Positions 17,633-27,075 are shown, counted from the first letter of the stretch. The stretch: 48,323 nucleotides of DNA from Parcubacteria group bacterium (GCA_028286805.1 JAQBQW010000019.1:1-48323); one strand, 5' to 3'. Notes: generated by a model from the sequence alone, not told the origin. Numbers and translations are program-made.

Positions 17633-20098
17633 TTAAAAGCAGATCAAACTTGCAAGTGAGTCTCCTTCTCGCAATTTCATGATGCGTACCCCTTGAGTTT
17701 GTCTACCAAGCACTGGAATTTCTTTCACGTCAACACGAACTACTTGGGATTTCTTTGAAATGGCGATCACTTCTTCCTCTGCTTCCGTCACCACTTGCGA
17801 AGAAATAACCTTGCCGGTTTTGGCTGTAACGTTTGAGGTCAAAATACCGGATCCTCCTCGTCCTTGGACTTTGTATTCGGAAAGGTCTGTTCGTTTTCCG
17901 TACCCGTTTTCTGAAATAACCAGGAGGTGTACATTCTGCGCTCCTTTCTTCACCGTATTTGCGCTGATGACCCTGTCTCCCTTATCAAGTTTAATACCGC
18001 GAACACCGGCTGCGCCTCGTCCCATTTCACGGATATCCGATTCCTTAAAGCGGATGGACTGTCCTTCGCGTGTAACGATGGAAAGATCATCTCCGGCGCA
18101 GACCATCGAAACTGAAACCAAGCGGTCTCCTGCAGCAAGAGAGATGGCAATAATGCCCGATGAACGAACATCGTGGAAAGATTTGGCAGCCACTTTTTTG
18201 GCCGTACCGTCCTGGGTTACCATCATGAGGGAACCCTGTATTTCCTTGGCCTCCTTGGACATCGGAAGAATAGAGGTAATTTTCTCGTCATCCGAAAGCG
18301 AGATGAAGTTCATAATGGACTTACCCTTTGTAGCGCGCTTGCCTTCTGGGATATCGTACATCTTGATCTGGTACGCCTTGCCTTTGTCTGTAAAGAAAAG
18401 AAGATCTGAATGGGTTGAAGCGGTTAAGAAATGAGTAACGAAATCTTCTTCTTTTGTATCGAGGTCCACCACGCCAACTCCTCCACGCTTCTGGCGTTTG
18501 TATTCGTCCGGATTGGTGCGTTTGATATATCCCCCTGAAGTGAGAACGAGTGCGTTGTCTTCGTCTGGAATCATATCTTCAACTGAAAGGATCTTTGCAC
18601 CTCCTTTAATCACCTTCGTTCGTCTATCGTCTCCGTATTTTTCCTTTGCTGCAGTCAGTTCGTCTTTGACCACTTTCAATATTTTCTTTTCAGACGAAAG
18701 AAGGTCTCTCAGGAATGCGATGAGGGTCTGAACTTCTTTCAATTCGTCTTCGATCTTTTTGCGTTCGAGTCCGGCAAGTTTCTGAAGGCGCATTTCAAGA
18801 ATGGCGTTTGCCTGAAGATCTGAGAACTTGAATTTCTTCATCAAGTTTTCCTTTGCTTCTTCTACTGTCTTGGATGCGCGGATGATTTTAATCACCTCTT
18901 CGATATGATCCAAGGCTTTTGAGAGTCCGAGAAGGATGTGTTCTCTGGCTAAAGCTTTTTCGAGATCGAATTCAGTTCGTCTTCGGACAACCACCTGGCG
19001 GTGCTTCAAGAATTCCTGAAGCATGGTCTTCAAAGAAAGGGTTTGAGGGACTCCATCTACCAGTGCAACCAAGTTTAAATGGAATGTATCTTCGAGCTGG
19101 GTATATTTGTATAAACTGTTGAGGATCTTTTGAGGCTGGGATCCGGTTTTGAGATCGATGGCGATGCGAATATCTTTTGTTGATTCGTCTCGAAGACCTT
19201 TGATGCCCTCGATCTTCTTTTCGCGAACGAGATCCGCGATCTTTTCGATCAAGGCAGATTTATTTACGCGATATGGAATCTCGGTGATGATAATCTGGAA
19301 GTTTCCAGCTTTATTTTCCTGGATGTCTGCGACCCCGCGAGCAACGATGCCACCGCGTCCGGTTGCATATGCGTGATGAATATCTTTCTGATTAAAAATA
19401 ACCCCCCCGGTTGGAAAATCCGGTCCTTTAACAAACTCCAAGAGTTCTTCAGTTGAAGCTTCCGGATTGTCTGCGAGATGCATGGTGGCACCAACCACTT
19501 CGGTTAAGTTGTGCGGAGGAATGTTCGTTGCCATTCCAACGGCAATACCAAGGGTACCGTTCAATAGAAGGTTTGGGAGAGCGGCAGGGAGTACGGTTGG
19601 TTCTTTTTTGGTACCGTCATAGTTTGCTTTGAAGTCTACAGTGTTCTTGTCTATATCATTCAAAAGTTCTGAAGCAACACGGCTCATCTTGGCTTCGGTA
19701 TATCTGTATGCAGCGGCTCCGTCTCCGTCTATGGAGCCGAAGTTACCTTGTCCGATGATAAGCGGATATCTGGTGGAGAAATCCTGGGCGAGCTTGACCA
19801 TGGCGTCGTAGACGGAGGCGTCTCCGTGTGGGTGGTATGATCCGAGCACGTCTCCAACTACCGTCGCGGATTTTCTGGACTTGGCGCTCGCGGTCAGACC
19901 TTTTTCGTTCATGGAGAACAAAATGCGTCGGTGCACGGGTTTCAATCCGTCGCGGACATCCGGAAGAGCGCGGTCTGTAATGACAGACATGGCGTAGTCG
20001 ATGAAGGATTCCTTCATCTCGGTCACGATCGAACGTCCGACGATTTTGTTTTCGCCTGCGTCGTCCTGCATTTTTTCTCCTTCGGTTTTAGTTGCCAT
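17633..20098 (-). CDS. gyrA: DNA gyrase subunit A
   Basis: Contains [30 protein letters not shown], the active-site region [11 protein letters not shown] and C-terminal beta-pinwheel repeats. 821 aa. Confidence 0.95.
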   Translation of the reverse strand: MATKTEGEKMQDDAGENKIVGRSIVTEMKESFIDYAMSVITDRALPDVRDGLKPVHRRILFSMNEKGLTASAKSRKSATVVGDVLGSYHPHGDASVYDAMVKLAQDFSTRYPLIIGQGNFGSIDGDGAAAYRYTEAKMSRVASELLNDIDKNTVDFKANYDGTKKEPTVLPAALPNLLLNGTLGIAVGMATNIPPHNLTEVVGATMHLADNPEASTEELLEFVKGPDFPTGGVIFNQKDIHHAYATGRGGIVARGVADIQENKAGNFQIIITEIPYRVNKSALIEKIADLVREKKIEGIKGLRDESTKDIRIAIDLKTGSQPQKILNSLYKYTQLEDTFHLNLVALVDGVPQTLSLKTMLQEFLKHRQVVVRRRTEFDLEKALAREHILLGLSKALDHIEEVIKIIRASKTVEEAKENLMKKFKFSDLQANAILEMRLQKLAGLERKKIEDELKEVQTLIAFLRDLLSSEKKILKVVKDELTAAKEKYGDDRRTKVIKGGAKILSVEDMIPDEDNALVLTSGGYIKRTNPDEYKRQKRGGVGVVDLDTKEEDFVTHFLTASTHSDLLFFTDKGKAYQIKMYDIPEGKRATKGKSIMNFISLSDDEKITSILPMSKEAKEIQGSLMMVTQDGTAKKVAAKSFHDVRSSGIIAISLAAGDRLVSVSMVCAGDDLSIVTREGQSIRFKESDIREMGRGAAGVRGIKLDKGDRVISANTVKKGAQNVHLLVISENGYGKRTDLSEYKVQGRGGSGILTSNVTAKTGKVISSQVVTEAEEEVIAISKKSQVVRVDVKEIPVLGRQTQGVRIMKLREGDSLASLICF

Positions 20099-20456
20099 AG
20101 GTGGTATTTGGTAACGCTTCGTCTCGAACAGATTTGTATTCTTGATTTACGTCCACGGATTGTATCGTGGTTTTAGTTTGATTAAAACCTTGGCTAATCG
20201 CAGCTGAGAGATTTTGGAATCCTCCCTTAATGGCTTCAAACGGACTTTCTGGAGCAGTGTCGAGAGCGGCCGCAGCTCCGGCAATTTGAACGGGTTCGAG
20301 AGTGTTTTTTGCTACCGCTGCAGACGGTGTGGAATGAAAAGCGAACACAGACCAGACAGAAAAGAGTGCGAGGGTAAACAGAGCTGATACGCCAAAAGCA
20401 AAACGCTTTTTGTGCGCATCCGAACGTTTGTGAATAGTTGAAAGATATCCGGGCAT
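20088..20456 (-). CDS. hypothetical membrane-anchored protein
   Basis: Start moved to [40 protein letters not shown] (ATG 20454-20456, 1 nt after the upstream stop). One TM. Overlaps the gyrA start by 11 nt. Confidence 0.5.
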   Translation of the reverse strand: MPGYLSTIHKRSDAHKKRFAFGVSALFTLALFSVWSVFAFHSTPSAAVAKNTLEPVQIAGAAAALDTAPESPFEAIKGGFQNLSAAISQGFNQTKTTIQSVDVNQEYKSVRDEALPNTTYGN

Positions 20457-20457
20457 A

Positions 20458-21123
20458 TTATTCTTCTTTAAGGACAACAATGTCTCCCTCTTTCCCTTCC
20501 AAATCCTTCTTTTTAAGAACCAGTTTATCAATTGCATCCACTTTATCTTCTCCCCCTTCTTTTAAGAATACATCCAAGGACTTTTTATCTCCAACTTTTC
20601 CATAATGCATGGGGATGATGATCGAAGGTTCAAGAGAAACGGCCAATTTGTATGCCGCTGCCGCATCTAATACTCCTTCTCCGCCGATTGGTACGAACAA
20701 TACATCCACTTCTTCGAGAGCTTCAAGAGCATCTGCCGATAATGCCGGATTTGAGAGGGCTCCCAGGAATCCAAGGTTCATTCCTTCGAAGGAAATCTGA
20801 TAGATAGTGTTGTATCTGGCCTCGTCTCCGTAATTTGATTCCGAAAGAAAGCCTTTAATTCCGACATCTTTTACCTCATATTCTCCGGGACCTGTAATGA
20901 CGAAAGATTCTTTGTCTCCCCGGGAAGTGGTGTCTCCCCCGTTGAGGTCTGGGTGGTTTGTGGTGATAAGGGTAATATCTGCCCCTGATTTATTGGTGCC
21001 AAATTTTGAATCCTTGGAAGGCGGGTTGATGGCAAGAGTGAGGTCTCCTTGTGAGATTTTGAACGATTCGATCCCCTGGTAGCTGATTATCATATTCCCT
21101 ATTTTACCATATTGAGTAGCCAT
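20458..21123 (-). CDS. MBL-fold (UPF0173-like) protein with a degenerate metal-binding motif
   Basis: The layout resembles the Lactamase_B_3 family. The HxHxDH position reads ITLITTNHPDLNGGD. The late motif IIIPMHYG is retained. Confidence 0.45.
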   Translation of the reverse strand: MATQYGKIGNMIISYQGIESFKISQGDLTLAINPPSKDSKFGTNKSGADITLITTNHPDLNGGDTTSRGDKESFVITGPGEYEVKDVGIKGFLSESNYGDEARYNTIYQISFEGMNLGFLGALSNPALSADALEALEEVDVLFVPIGGEGVLDAAAAYKLAVSLEPSIIIPMHYGKVGDKKSLDVFLKEGGEDKVDAIDKLVLKKKDLEGKEGDIVVLKEE

Positions 21124-21213
21124 TATCCACTTTTTATTTGAGTGAAAAGACGAAATGTGTTCAACTGTTTACAGACTCACGTTTCGCGAACATCCCCCGT
21201 TCCGGAGACGTAC

Positions 21214-21588
21214 ATGTTCAATCTGTCTATCGATCACGGCTCTCATGCAAAAATTGCATTGTGGAGCGTAGCATTCGTTGTCACATCCTTGCTGAGTGGG
21301 GCGGCAATACCAAAACCCACCGGATTCGTGTGTGGTGAAGTTGTCTCTCGTGAAAGTATTCAACCCGGAGTGCCTTGGCAGGAAAAAATTCTGTTCAAGA
21401 ACAACGACACACTTCGAGTCTGGACCAACATTCCTATCCAGATCGAATACAAGGAACGCGAACCGGGCGGCAAGATATACAAGATTTTCTATGTCGACCG
21501 AGTACTCGCATCGGGAGAGTCTCGGCGGTATTTCTGGAACATCTTGCAGGTCAACAACTGTGGTGGTCCAGCTTACCGCCATACATGA
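21214..21588 (+). CDS. hypothetical secreted or membrane-anchored protein (island gene)
   Basis: I prefer the ATG at 21214 (GGAG 6 nt upstream; MFNLSIDHGSHAKIALWSVAFVVTSLLSGAA) over the track GTG at 21142. It has its own terminator. Confidence 0.45.
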   Translation: MFNLSIDHGSHAKIALWSVAFVVTSLLSGAAIPKPTGFVCGEVVSRESIQPGVPWQEKILFKNNDTLRVWTNIPIQIEYKEREPGGKIYKIFYVDRVLASGESRRYFWNILQVNNCGGPAYRHT

Positions 21589-21596
21589 ATTCCCCT

Positions 21597-21621
21597 TCCC
21601 CAATCTATCGGGGATTTTTTT
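21597..21621 (+). terminator. rho-independent terminator
   Basis: TCCCC (21597-21601) / GGGGA (21610-21614), followed by T7. Confidence 0.6.
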
Positions 21622-21644
21622 ATATTTGTTGTACACAACGTGTA

Positions 21645-21672
21645 TTGACAAGCAAAACACGCCTGATACTGT
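21645..21672 (+). promoter_or_regulatory. candidate promoter TTGACA-16-TACTGT
   Basis: TTGACA at 21645-21650 and TACTGT at 21667-21672. A GGTTCC/GGAACC hairpin lies in the about 95-nt leader. Confidence 0.35.
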
Positions 21673-21771
21673 TTAATGAGTTGCAGCAACAAGGAGCTCT
21701 TACCCCTCCCGATGTATGCAGAGCACCTTGCCACGGTTCCCTAAAGGAACCACGTTCCACAGGAGAGAGAC

Positions 21772-22245
21772 ATGCGTCAGCCTCACAGTCGTGCCTCCGG
21801 TCATCGGATGTCCACGCGGGTCACAGCAGTCCTCACGGTCTTCGCACTCGCTGTTCTCGCACCGACGATGCAGGTTGCAGCCGGATCGACCGCGCCAACG
21901 TACACCGTCGCGGCGCCCGCGACGAACACCCAGCAGGCCGCCATCGTCGAGACCGGGATCACGGTCAGCATCCAGGTCGCCAAGGTCGCAATCGAAGGCA
22001 GTTCCGGCGTCAAGGACGTGATGTTCACGTCACGCCATGTCGACGGCATCGAAGTCACCGGTTCGTACAACAACACGGCGACCACGGCAGCACTCACGAA
22101 GCAACCATGCGATATGCAGGCACTCGACGACACCGCCGGCGCGACGAAGGTGCAGCTCGCGAAGTTCACGGGAACCCCGCTCGTCGTCCGACTGACGCCA
22201 CTCTGCGGCGGCAACACCCGGCGAATCGCGCTCTCCATCACCTGA
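21772..22245 (+). CDS. hypothetical secreted protein, strongly GC-rich (about 63% over the first 120 nt by my count)
   Basis: SD AGGAGAG before the ATG. Signal peptide MSTRVTAVLTVFALAVLAPTMQVAAG. G/C-ending codons dominate. Several overlapping ORFs in other frames are typical high-GC artefacts. Confidence 0.6.
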   Translation: MRQPHSRASGHRMSTRVTAVLTVFALAVLAPTMQVAAGSTAPTYTVAAPATNTQQAAIVETGITVSIQVAKVAIEGSSGVKDVMFTSRHVDGIEVTGSYNNTATTAALTKQPCDMQALDDTAGATKVQLAKFTGTPLVVRLTPLCGGNTRRIALSIT

Positions 22246-22279
22246 TCCACTCGCAGTAGCAGCACAGCTGTACTGCGTC

Positions 22280-22309
22280 GACCCCACTCTGTTGGGGTCT
22301 TCGCTTTTA
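22280..22309 (+). terminator. rho-independent terminator
   Basis: GACCCCA (22280-22286) / TGGGGTC (22293-22299), then TTCGCTTTT. Confidence 0.6.
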
Positions 22310-22374
22310 TAGACAATTCCCCTCTTTTCTGCTATTTTACTCAGGTTCCTTATTAACCCCCTCGTTCGATATCC

Positions 22375-22408
22375 CCACGGCTTTAGGCAACCATTCAGAA
22401 AGCCGTGG
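22375..22408 (+). promoter_or_regulatory. 10-bp hairpin that sequesters the candidate rpsA GTG start
   Basis: CCACGGCTTT (22375-22384) pairs perfectly with AAAGCCGTGG (22399-22408). The GTG at 22405-22407 lies in the 3' arm. Confidence 0.4.
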
Positions 22409-23532
22409 ACCGTACGAGGCTCACTCATTTGGCTACAAAAGAAAAGAAAGTTAAAACCCCTGCAGCAGAGGACACCTCTCTCATGGGCCAAGTTGTTTCG
22501 AATACTGAAAATCCCCCTTCCATCGAAGACGTTGTTGAAGGACCCGTCATCTCTATAGACAAAGGTGCGGTTTTTATCGATCTTCATCCATTCGGTACCG
22601 GAATCATCTACGGTCGTGAATTCATGAACGCTCGAGACATTATCAAGAAGATTAACCCGGGAGACACAGTTGCCGGAAAGGTTGTTGGTATCGGAGGCAA
22701 AGAAGGATACATCGAAATTTCCCTCAAAGAAGCTCGCCAGGCTCTTATCTGGAGCGAGGCTGAAGAAGCCATCAATGGCAAGCGCATCTACGAACTTCCA
22801 ATCACCGATGCAAACAAGGGAGGTCTTATCATCAACTGGCAGGGTATCTCCGGATTCCTCCCTGCATCTCAACTCAAACCTGAACACTATCCTCGCGTTT
22901 CAGACGGAGACAAGGAAAGAATTCTCGAAGAGTTGAAGAAACTCGTTGGTACAAAGCTTTCGGTGACCATCATCGGAGCAAATCCAAAGGAAGGTAAACT
23001 TATCTTCTCTGAAAAATCTCCTGAAACAAAGAACAAGGAAAACATTATCCAGAAATACGCCCTTGGAGACGAACTTTCCGGAGAAGTAACGGGATTGGTA
23101 GATTTCGGAGTCTTCGTTAAACTCGAAGAAGGACTCGAAGGATTGGTACACATCTCTGAAATTGATTGGGGCTTGGTGGAAAATCCAAAGACCATGTTCA
23201 AGATCGGTGAAAAGGTAAAAGTGAAGATTATCGAAATCAAAGACGATAAAATTTCTCTTTCTATCAAAGCCCTCAAGGAAAACCCTTGGAAAGGTGCGGA
23301 GAAGAAATACAAGAAGGACGATGTGGTTGAAGGAGTTATCATCAAGTTCAACAAGCACGGAGCACTCGCTTCCCTTGAAGAAGGAGTTGCAGGTCTCGTC
23401 CACGTTTCTGAATTCGGCGGTGAAGACAAGCTTCGTGAGAAACTCGAAATGGGTAAATCATACAGCTTCAAGATCACTCTCTTTGATCCAAAAGAACAGA
23501 AGATGGCGCTCTCGTATATCGAGAAGAAGTAA
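22405..23532 (+). CDS. rpsA: 30S ribosomal protein S1 (four S1 domains)
   Basis: Repeated S1/OB motifs (VEGPVISIDKGAVFIDL, VAGKVVGIGGKEGYIEISLKEA, LSGEVTGLVDFGVFVKL, VEGVIIKFNKHGALASL). The start is uncertain: GTG 22405 (track) or ATG 22483 (MGQVVSN). Confidence 0.85.
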   Translation: MDRTRLTHLATKEKKVKTPAAEDTSLMGQVVSNTENPPSIEDVVEGPVISIDKGAVFIDLHPFGTGIIYGREFMNARDIIKKINPGDTVAGKVVGIGGKEGYIEISLKEARQALIWSEAEEAINGKRIYELPITDANKGGLIINWQGISGFLPASQLKPEHYPRVSDGDKERILEELKKLVGTKLSVTIIGANPKEGKLIFSEKSPETKNKENIIQKYALGDELSGEVTGLVDFGVFVKLEEGLEGLVHISEIDWGLVENPKTMFKIGEKVKVKIIEIKDDKISLSIKALKENPWKGAEKKYKKDDVVEGVIIKFNKHGALASLEEGVAGLVHVSEFGGEDKLREKLEMGKSYSFKITLFDPKEQKMALSYIEKK

Positions 23533-23552
23533 AATTCCAAAGAAAATAAAAA

Positions 23553-23573
23553 CCCCGCAATTGCGGGGTTTTT
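23553..23573 (+). terminator. rho-independent terminator after rpsA
   Basis: Perfect palindrome CCCCGCAATTGCGGGG (23553-23568) followed by TTTTT. Confidence 0.8.
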
Positions 23574-23652
23574 ATTGCGCATTGCAAAGTTAACTAAAGT
23601 GTGGTTTTATATCGAAAGAACCCTCATCCACTCACCCCTTCGGAGGCTTTTT

Positions 23653-24072
23653 ATGGCTCAAGACCATGGAGCATTTCGGAGGTGCATCCTCCTGATTTTG
23701 CTCGAAGCGTTTTACCAGGCTGATGATTCTGTCTTCAGCTTTGAAAGATTCTTCAAAGCAGTGCAAGGACTTCGGGGATATTTGCACCACAACAAGAGCA
23801 TGAGTGTGATTCTGGGGCTAACCACTAGAGAAGATGTCATCTCCCATCTTCATGGGTTAGCAGCTGACAACCTCATCCTGTTTGTGGACAACGACGAAAC
23901 AGATCGAGAGATTCGTTTGCCTCGTGAAGTTTGGAGACAGATGGCGTCGGGGAATCATCACAAGGATATTCGCATGAGTGATGGTTCGCGCCTAAACTTC
24001 TTCAGACTTTCACAAAAGGCGGCTCTCTACTCAAAGAATCTTCTTCCCCACGAACGTTGCGCGGACCAGTAG
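23653..24072 (+). CDS. hypothetical protein, possible winged-helix fold (island gene)
   Basis: I prefer the ATG at 23653 with GGAGG 6 nt upstream (MAQDHGAFRRCILLILLEAF...). The helix-helix-helix-wing pattern (SFERFFKAV / TREDVISHLHGLAADNLILFVDNDETDREIRL) is only suggestive. Confidence 0.4.
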   Translation: MAQDHGAFRRCILLILLEAFYQADDSVFSFERFFKAVQGLRGYLHHNKSMSVILGLTTREDVISHLHGLAADNLILFVDNDETDREIRLPREVWRQMASGNHHKDIRMSDGSRLNFFRLSQKAALYSKNLLPHERCADQ

Positions 24073-24143
24073 TCCGTGCTTTTTATTTGAAATTTTTGAC
24101 AGGAAGTGTAGGGTGATGAAAGACCCCATACCACGAGGACTCC

Positions 24144-24701
24144 GTGCACATCATTTTACCAAAAACTTTAGCACCAATCGGCACCAACCCTCTTTTCTTT
24201 CTAGTCGGACCAATCCGTGGAGGAGACGACTGGCAGAAAAAATGCTGCGAGTTGCTGGAAGAAAAAATGTGTCAAGATTTCGACGTAGCAGTACCGTGCA
24301 GGTGGGGACCAAAACATCCACTGTACACACATCGCGTAGTCGGTTTTCAAGATGGCTTTGGTCGCCAACTTCTGTGGGAAAGATACTACCTCGCAGCTGC
24401 AGGGAGAGAATTAGGCAAGGGATGCATTCTTGCATGGCTTCCATGCGAGAGTGAGACAAATCCGCGGGATGATGGACAGCTGTATGCTCGTGACACATAC
24501 GGAGAGCTGGGAGAATGGCGAGGAAGATTTATGTGTCGTCCTAACAGAAACGAACAGCTACCTTTCGCCATCGGAGCCGAAGCGGAATTTCCTGGCTTTG
24601 ATGTAATCAAGAGAAATTTCGACGACGGGCTCAAGGGAAGAATTCATTTTGCTACCACCCTTGAAATGACTGTCGAGCATGCGGTGTCCACGCTCTACTG
24701 A
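24144..24701 (+). CDS. nucleoside 2-deoxyribosyltransferase-fold protein, DNPH1/Rcl-like (putative nucleotide N-glycosidase)
   Basis: GTG start with GAGGA 4 nt upstream. FFLVGPIRGGDDW matches the YFcGSIRGGRED phosphate-binding motif of DNPH1/Rcl. DTYGELGEW matches the catalytic-Glu motif (slGvGYELG). Confidence 0.45.
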   Translation: MHIILPKTLAPIGTNPLFFLVGPIRGGDDWQKKCCELLEEKMCQDFDVAVPCRWGPKHPLYTHRVVGFQDGFGRQLLWERYYLAAAGRELGKGCILAWLPCESETNPRDDGQLYARDTYGELGEWRGRFMCRPNRNEQLPFAIGAEAEFPGFDVIKRNFDDGLKGRIHFATTLEMTVEHAVSTLY

Positions 24702-24702
24702 T

Positions 24703-25230
24703 CTACCCGTTACATTCCGTCATCGCCTTCTGAAGCCCCTCCGTCACCAGGTATTCAACTGCAGTTCCTGCACGCATGAATACCTTTTTTAATATTTCAG
24801 TTTCAGAAGCTTTAAATTCACCTAAGATAAACTTCTCGACATCTTTCTCCCCTTTTGGCTTCTTTAATTTCCCTCCTGGAGTGACCGGGCTGATACCAAT
24901 TCGGATACGAATGAATGCAGTGGTGCCTAAAGCTTTAATAATCGATTCTATGCCCTTGTGGCCCCCTGAGCCCCTATCGTACGAGACTCTCATGGTTCCC
25001 AAAGGAAGATCGAGATCGTCATAGATGACGATTAATTTCTCTGCCGCCTTCTTACTCTTCACCACTTTCGCTACTCCGGACCCGGATTTGTTCATGAACG
25101 TATCCAAATGAACAAACTTTACGCCTTCAGCCGGATTTTTTTCCAAAAACTCTACAGCAAGGCGCCCGGTGTTGTGTCGGGTGTGCGTGTATTCGTCTCC
25201 GGGATTGCCCAAACCTACGAGAATATGCAT
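24703..25230 (-). CDS. pth: peptidyl-tRNA hydrolase
   Basis: MHILVGLGNPGDEYTHTRHNTG and GGHKGIESII are canonical Pth motifs. Confidence 0.92.
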   Translation of the reverse strand: MHILVGLGNPGDEYTHTRHNTGRLAVEFLEKNPAEGVKFVHLDTFMNKSGSGVAKVVKSKKAAEKLIVIYDDLDLPLGTMRVSYDRGSGGHKGIESIIKALGTTAFIRIRIGISPVTPGGKLKKPKGEKDVEKFILGEFKASETEILKKVFMRAGTAVEYLVTEGLQKAMTECNG

Positions 25231-25278
25231 GGACCTATTGTGTCAAATGATTTTAGATAATACAATGCAGTAAAAATT

Positions 25279-25875
25279 ATGGACACAACAACTCAGAACG
25301 TTCCTCTTGAAATAAAAAAAGAAAAGAAATCTGATTTCTGGCTCGAGCTTGGAAAACTTGCGGTCATTGCAATTGTTGTGGTTGTTCCTTTCAGACTTTT
25401 TATCGCCCAGCCTTTCATTGTGGACGGCGCTTCAATGGATCCGACCTTTGCAACGGGACAATATTTAGTTGTGGATGAAGTAACGTATCATTTCCATACT
25501 CCAGCCCGAGGTTCTGTTCTCATTTTCAAATATCCGAACGATACGAGCAAATATTTTATTAAACGCGTCATTGGTCTTCCCGGAGAAACGGTGAAAATCA
25601 ATAACGGAATTGTGACAATCATTAATGCAGCACATCCGGAAGGGATAACATTGGACGAACCATACATTGTGTACAAGAAAGCAGATTCCTCAACTCTCAC
25701 CCTTTCAAACGACGAATATTTTGTCATGGGAGACAACAGGCTTGGCAGCGCAGACTCCAGATTGTGGGGTCCCGTTCCAACCAAAGATATTGTTGGCCGT
25801 CCAATCGTGCGTTTCTGGCCTCTAGCTCTCTGGCCGGGAGATAAAACACAATCACTCAATGTCCAAACAAACTAA
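25279..25875 (+). CDS. lepB: signal peptidase I
   Basis: N-terminal TM. Catalytic Ser box GASMDPTF, Lys box KRVIGLPGE, and GDNRLGSADSR. Confidence 0.9.
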   Translation: MDTTTQNVPLEIKKEKKSDFWLELGKLAVIAIVVVVPFRLFIAQPFIVDGASMDPTFATGQYLVVDEVTYHFHTPARGSVLIFKYPNDTSKYFIKRVIGLPGETVKINNGIVTIINAAHPEGITLDEPYIVYKKADSSTLTLSNDEYFVMGDNRLGSADSRLWGPVPTKDIVGRPIVRFWPLALWPGDKTQSLNVQTN

Positions 25876-27013
25876 CAGACCTGGATTTATTCTTAATGAA
25901 TTCGACCGCTCTGTTTTTTTAGCCTCCCACTTTGGATTTATGCCGGTAGAAGCACCGAAAGTTACCGAGAAAGATCTTCGTATGACCGAAGAATGCCGGG
26001 GATTCGTTGAAGCGGACAAACCGAAAGGAATCCATGACGCCGCGGAAAAATCGGCTTTCCTCCGGACCTATTTGGAAAAAGAATGGAATGGACTTTCGCA
26101 TCCCCTGGCTCTGGCATATAAAAAACCGGACTCGGGCAAGAAAACTTCCGAATACGGGCTTCATGTTCTCGGATTATCCACCGCTGCAGCCGAAGCTCTC
26201 CTCTTGCAGGCTTCCCTTTCCATACTCGAAGATCAGGGACACAAACATATGGTCATTGAAATAAATTCAATGGGAGACAAGGATTCCATTTCTGCGTATG
26301 AGCGTGAATTGCATCATTTCATGAAAAAGCACGGAGACTGTATTGCAAGCGAACACAAAAAAAGATTAAAAACGGATATTTTAGAAATATTGAATATCGA
26401 ACTTCCCGAAGCCTCGAGGGATCAGCTTCCTCTTTCCATTGCTTCTTTGAATTCTGTGAGTCGAGCACACTTTAAAGAGATGCTCGAATATCTCGAAGCA
26501 TTGAATGTGGAATTCAGATTGGCTCACACGTTGAATATCAACAAGCATTACGCTTCGCACACTATTTATTCCATTCGAGATTTAGATAATGAATCGCTGC
26601 TTGCGAAAGGTTGCCGTTATTCCCGTCTATCTAAACGATTTGGATTCAAAAAGGAACTTCCGGCTGCTGCGATCACCATCTTTGGAGAAGTAAAGGAACC
26701 CCTAAAGATGTACAAAGATCTTCCAAGACCAAAATTCCATCTGATACAGCTTGGATCCCAAGCCAAGTTGAAAGCTATTCCTCTTATTGAACTCTTAAGA
26801 CGAGAAAAAATCCCTGTATACCACGCCATTGGAAGAGACAAGATCACAGCACAATTCAGTTCGGCCGAAGCGCTGCGCGTTCCGTATGTTCTTATCGTTG
26901 GACAAAAGGAAGCGTTGGATAACACAGTGACTATTCGTAATTCTTTTACACGAGCTCAAGAAACAGTGCGGATGGATGTCTTACCACAGTATCTAAAGAA
27001 TTTGACTTTTTAA
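25859..27013 (+). CDS. HisRS-like class II aaRS paralog (HisS/HisZ family) with degenerate motif 2
   Basis: C-terminal HGTP anticodon-binding domain (FHLIQLGSQAKLKAIPLIELLRREKIPVY...VPYVLIVGQKE). Motif-3-like GCRYSRLSKRFGFKKELPAAAITIF. The motif 2 position reads LALAYKKPDSGKKTSEYGLHVLG instead of fRYErPQkGRyReFhQ.g.E.iG. Overlaps lepB by 17 nt. Confidence 0.6.
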   Translation: MSKQTNRPGFILNEFDRSVFLASHFGFMPVEAPKVTEKDLRMTEECRGFVEADKPKGIHDAAEKSAFLRTYLEKEWNGLSHPLALAYKKPDSGKKTSEYGLHVLGLSTAAAEALLLQASLSILEDQGHKHMVIEINSMGDKDSISAYERELHHFMKKHGDCIASEHKKRLKTDILEILNIELPEASRDQLPLSIASLNSVSRAHFKEMLEYLEALNVEFRLAHTLNINKHYASHTIYSIRDLDNESLLAKGCRYSRLSKRFGFKKELPAAAITIFGEVKEPLKMYKDLPRPKFHLIQLGSQAKLKAIPLIELLRREKIPVYHAIGRDKITAQFSSAEALRVPYVLIVGQKEALDNTVTIRNSFTRAQETVRMDVLPQYLKNLTF

Positions 27014-27075
27014 ACTATTTGTACCATTGTACATACAGGACCGTATCACTCCCCTTACAATGGACAGATACTCAT

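Noticed and set aside
21296-22887. Stack of long overlapping ORFs in several frames (21375-22259 +294 aa, 21716-22021, 21801-22316 -, 22030-22887 -285 aa)
   Set aside because: High-GC DNA is stop-codon poor in all frames. These translations are Arg/Pro/Gly/His-rich low-complexity sequence. Only 21772-22245 has an SD, a signal peptide and a terminator. 22030-22887 also runs antisense into rpsA.
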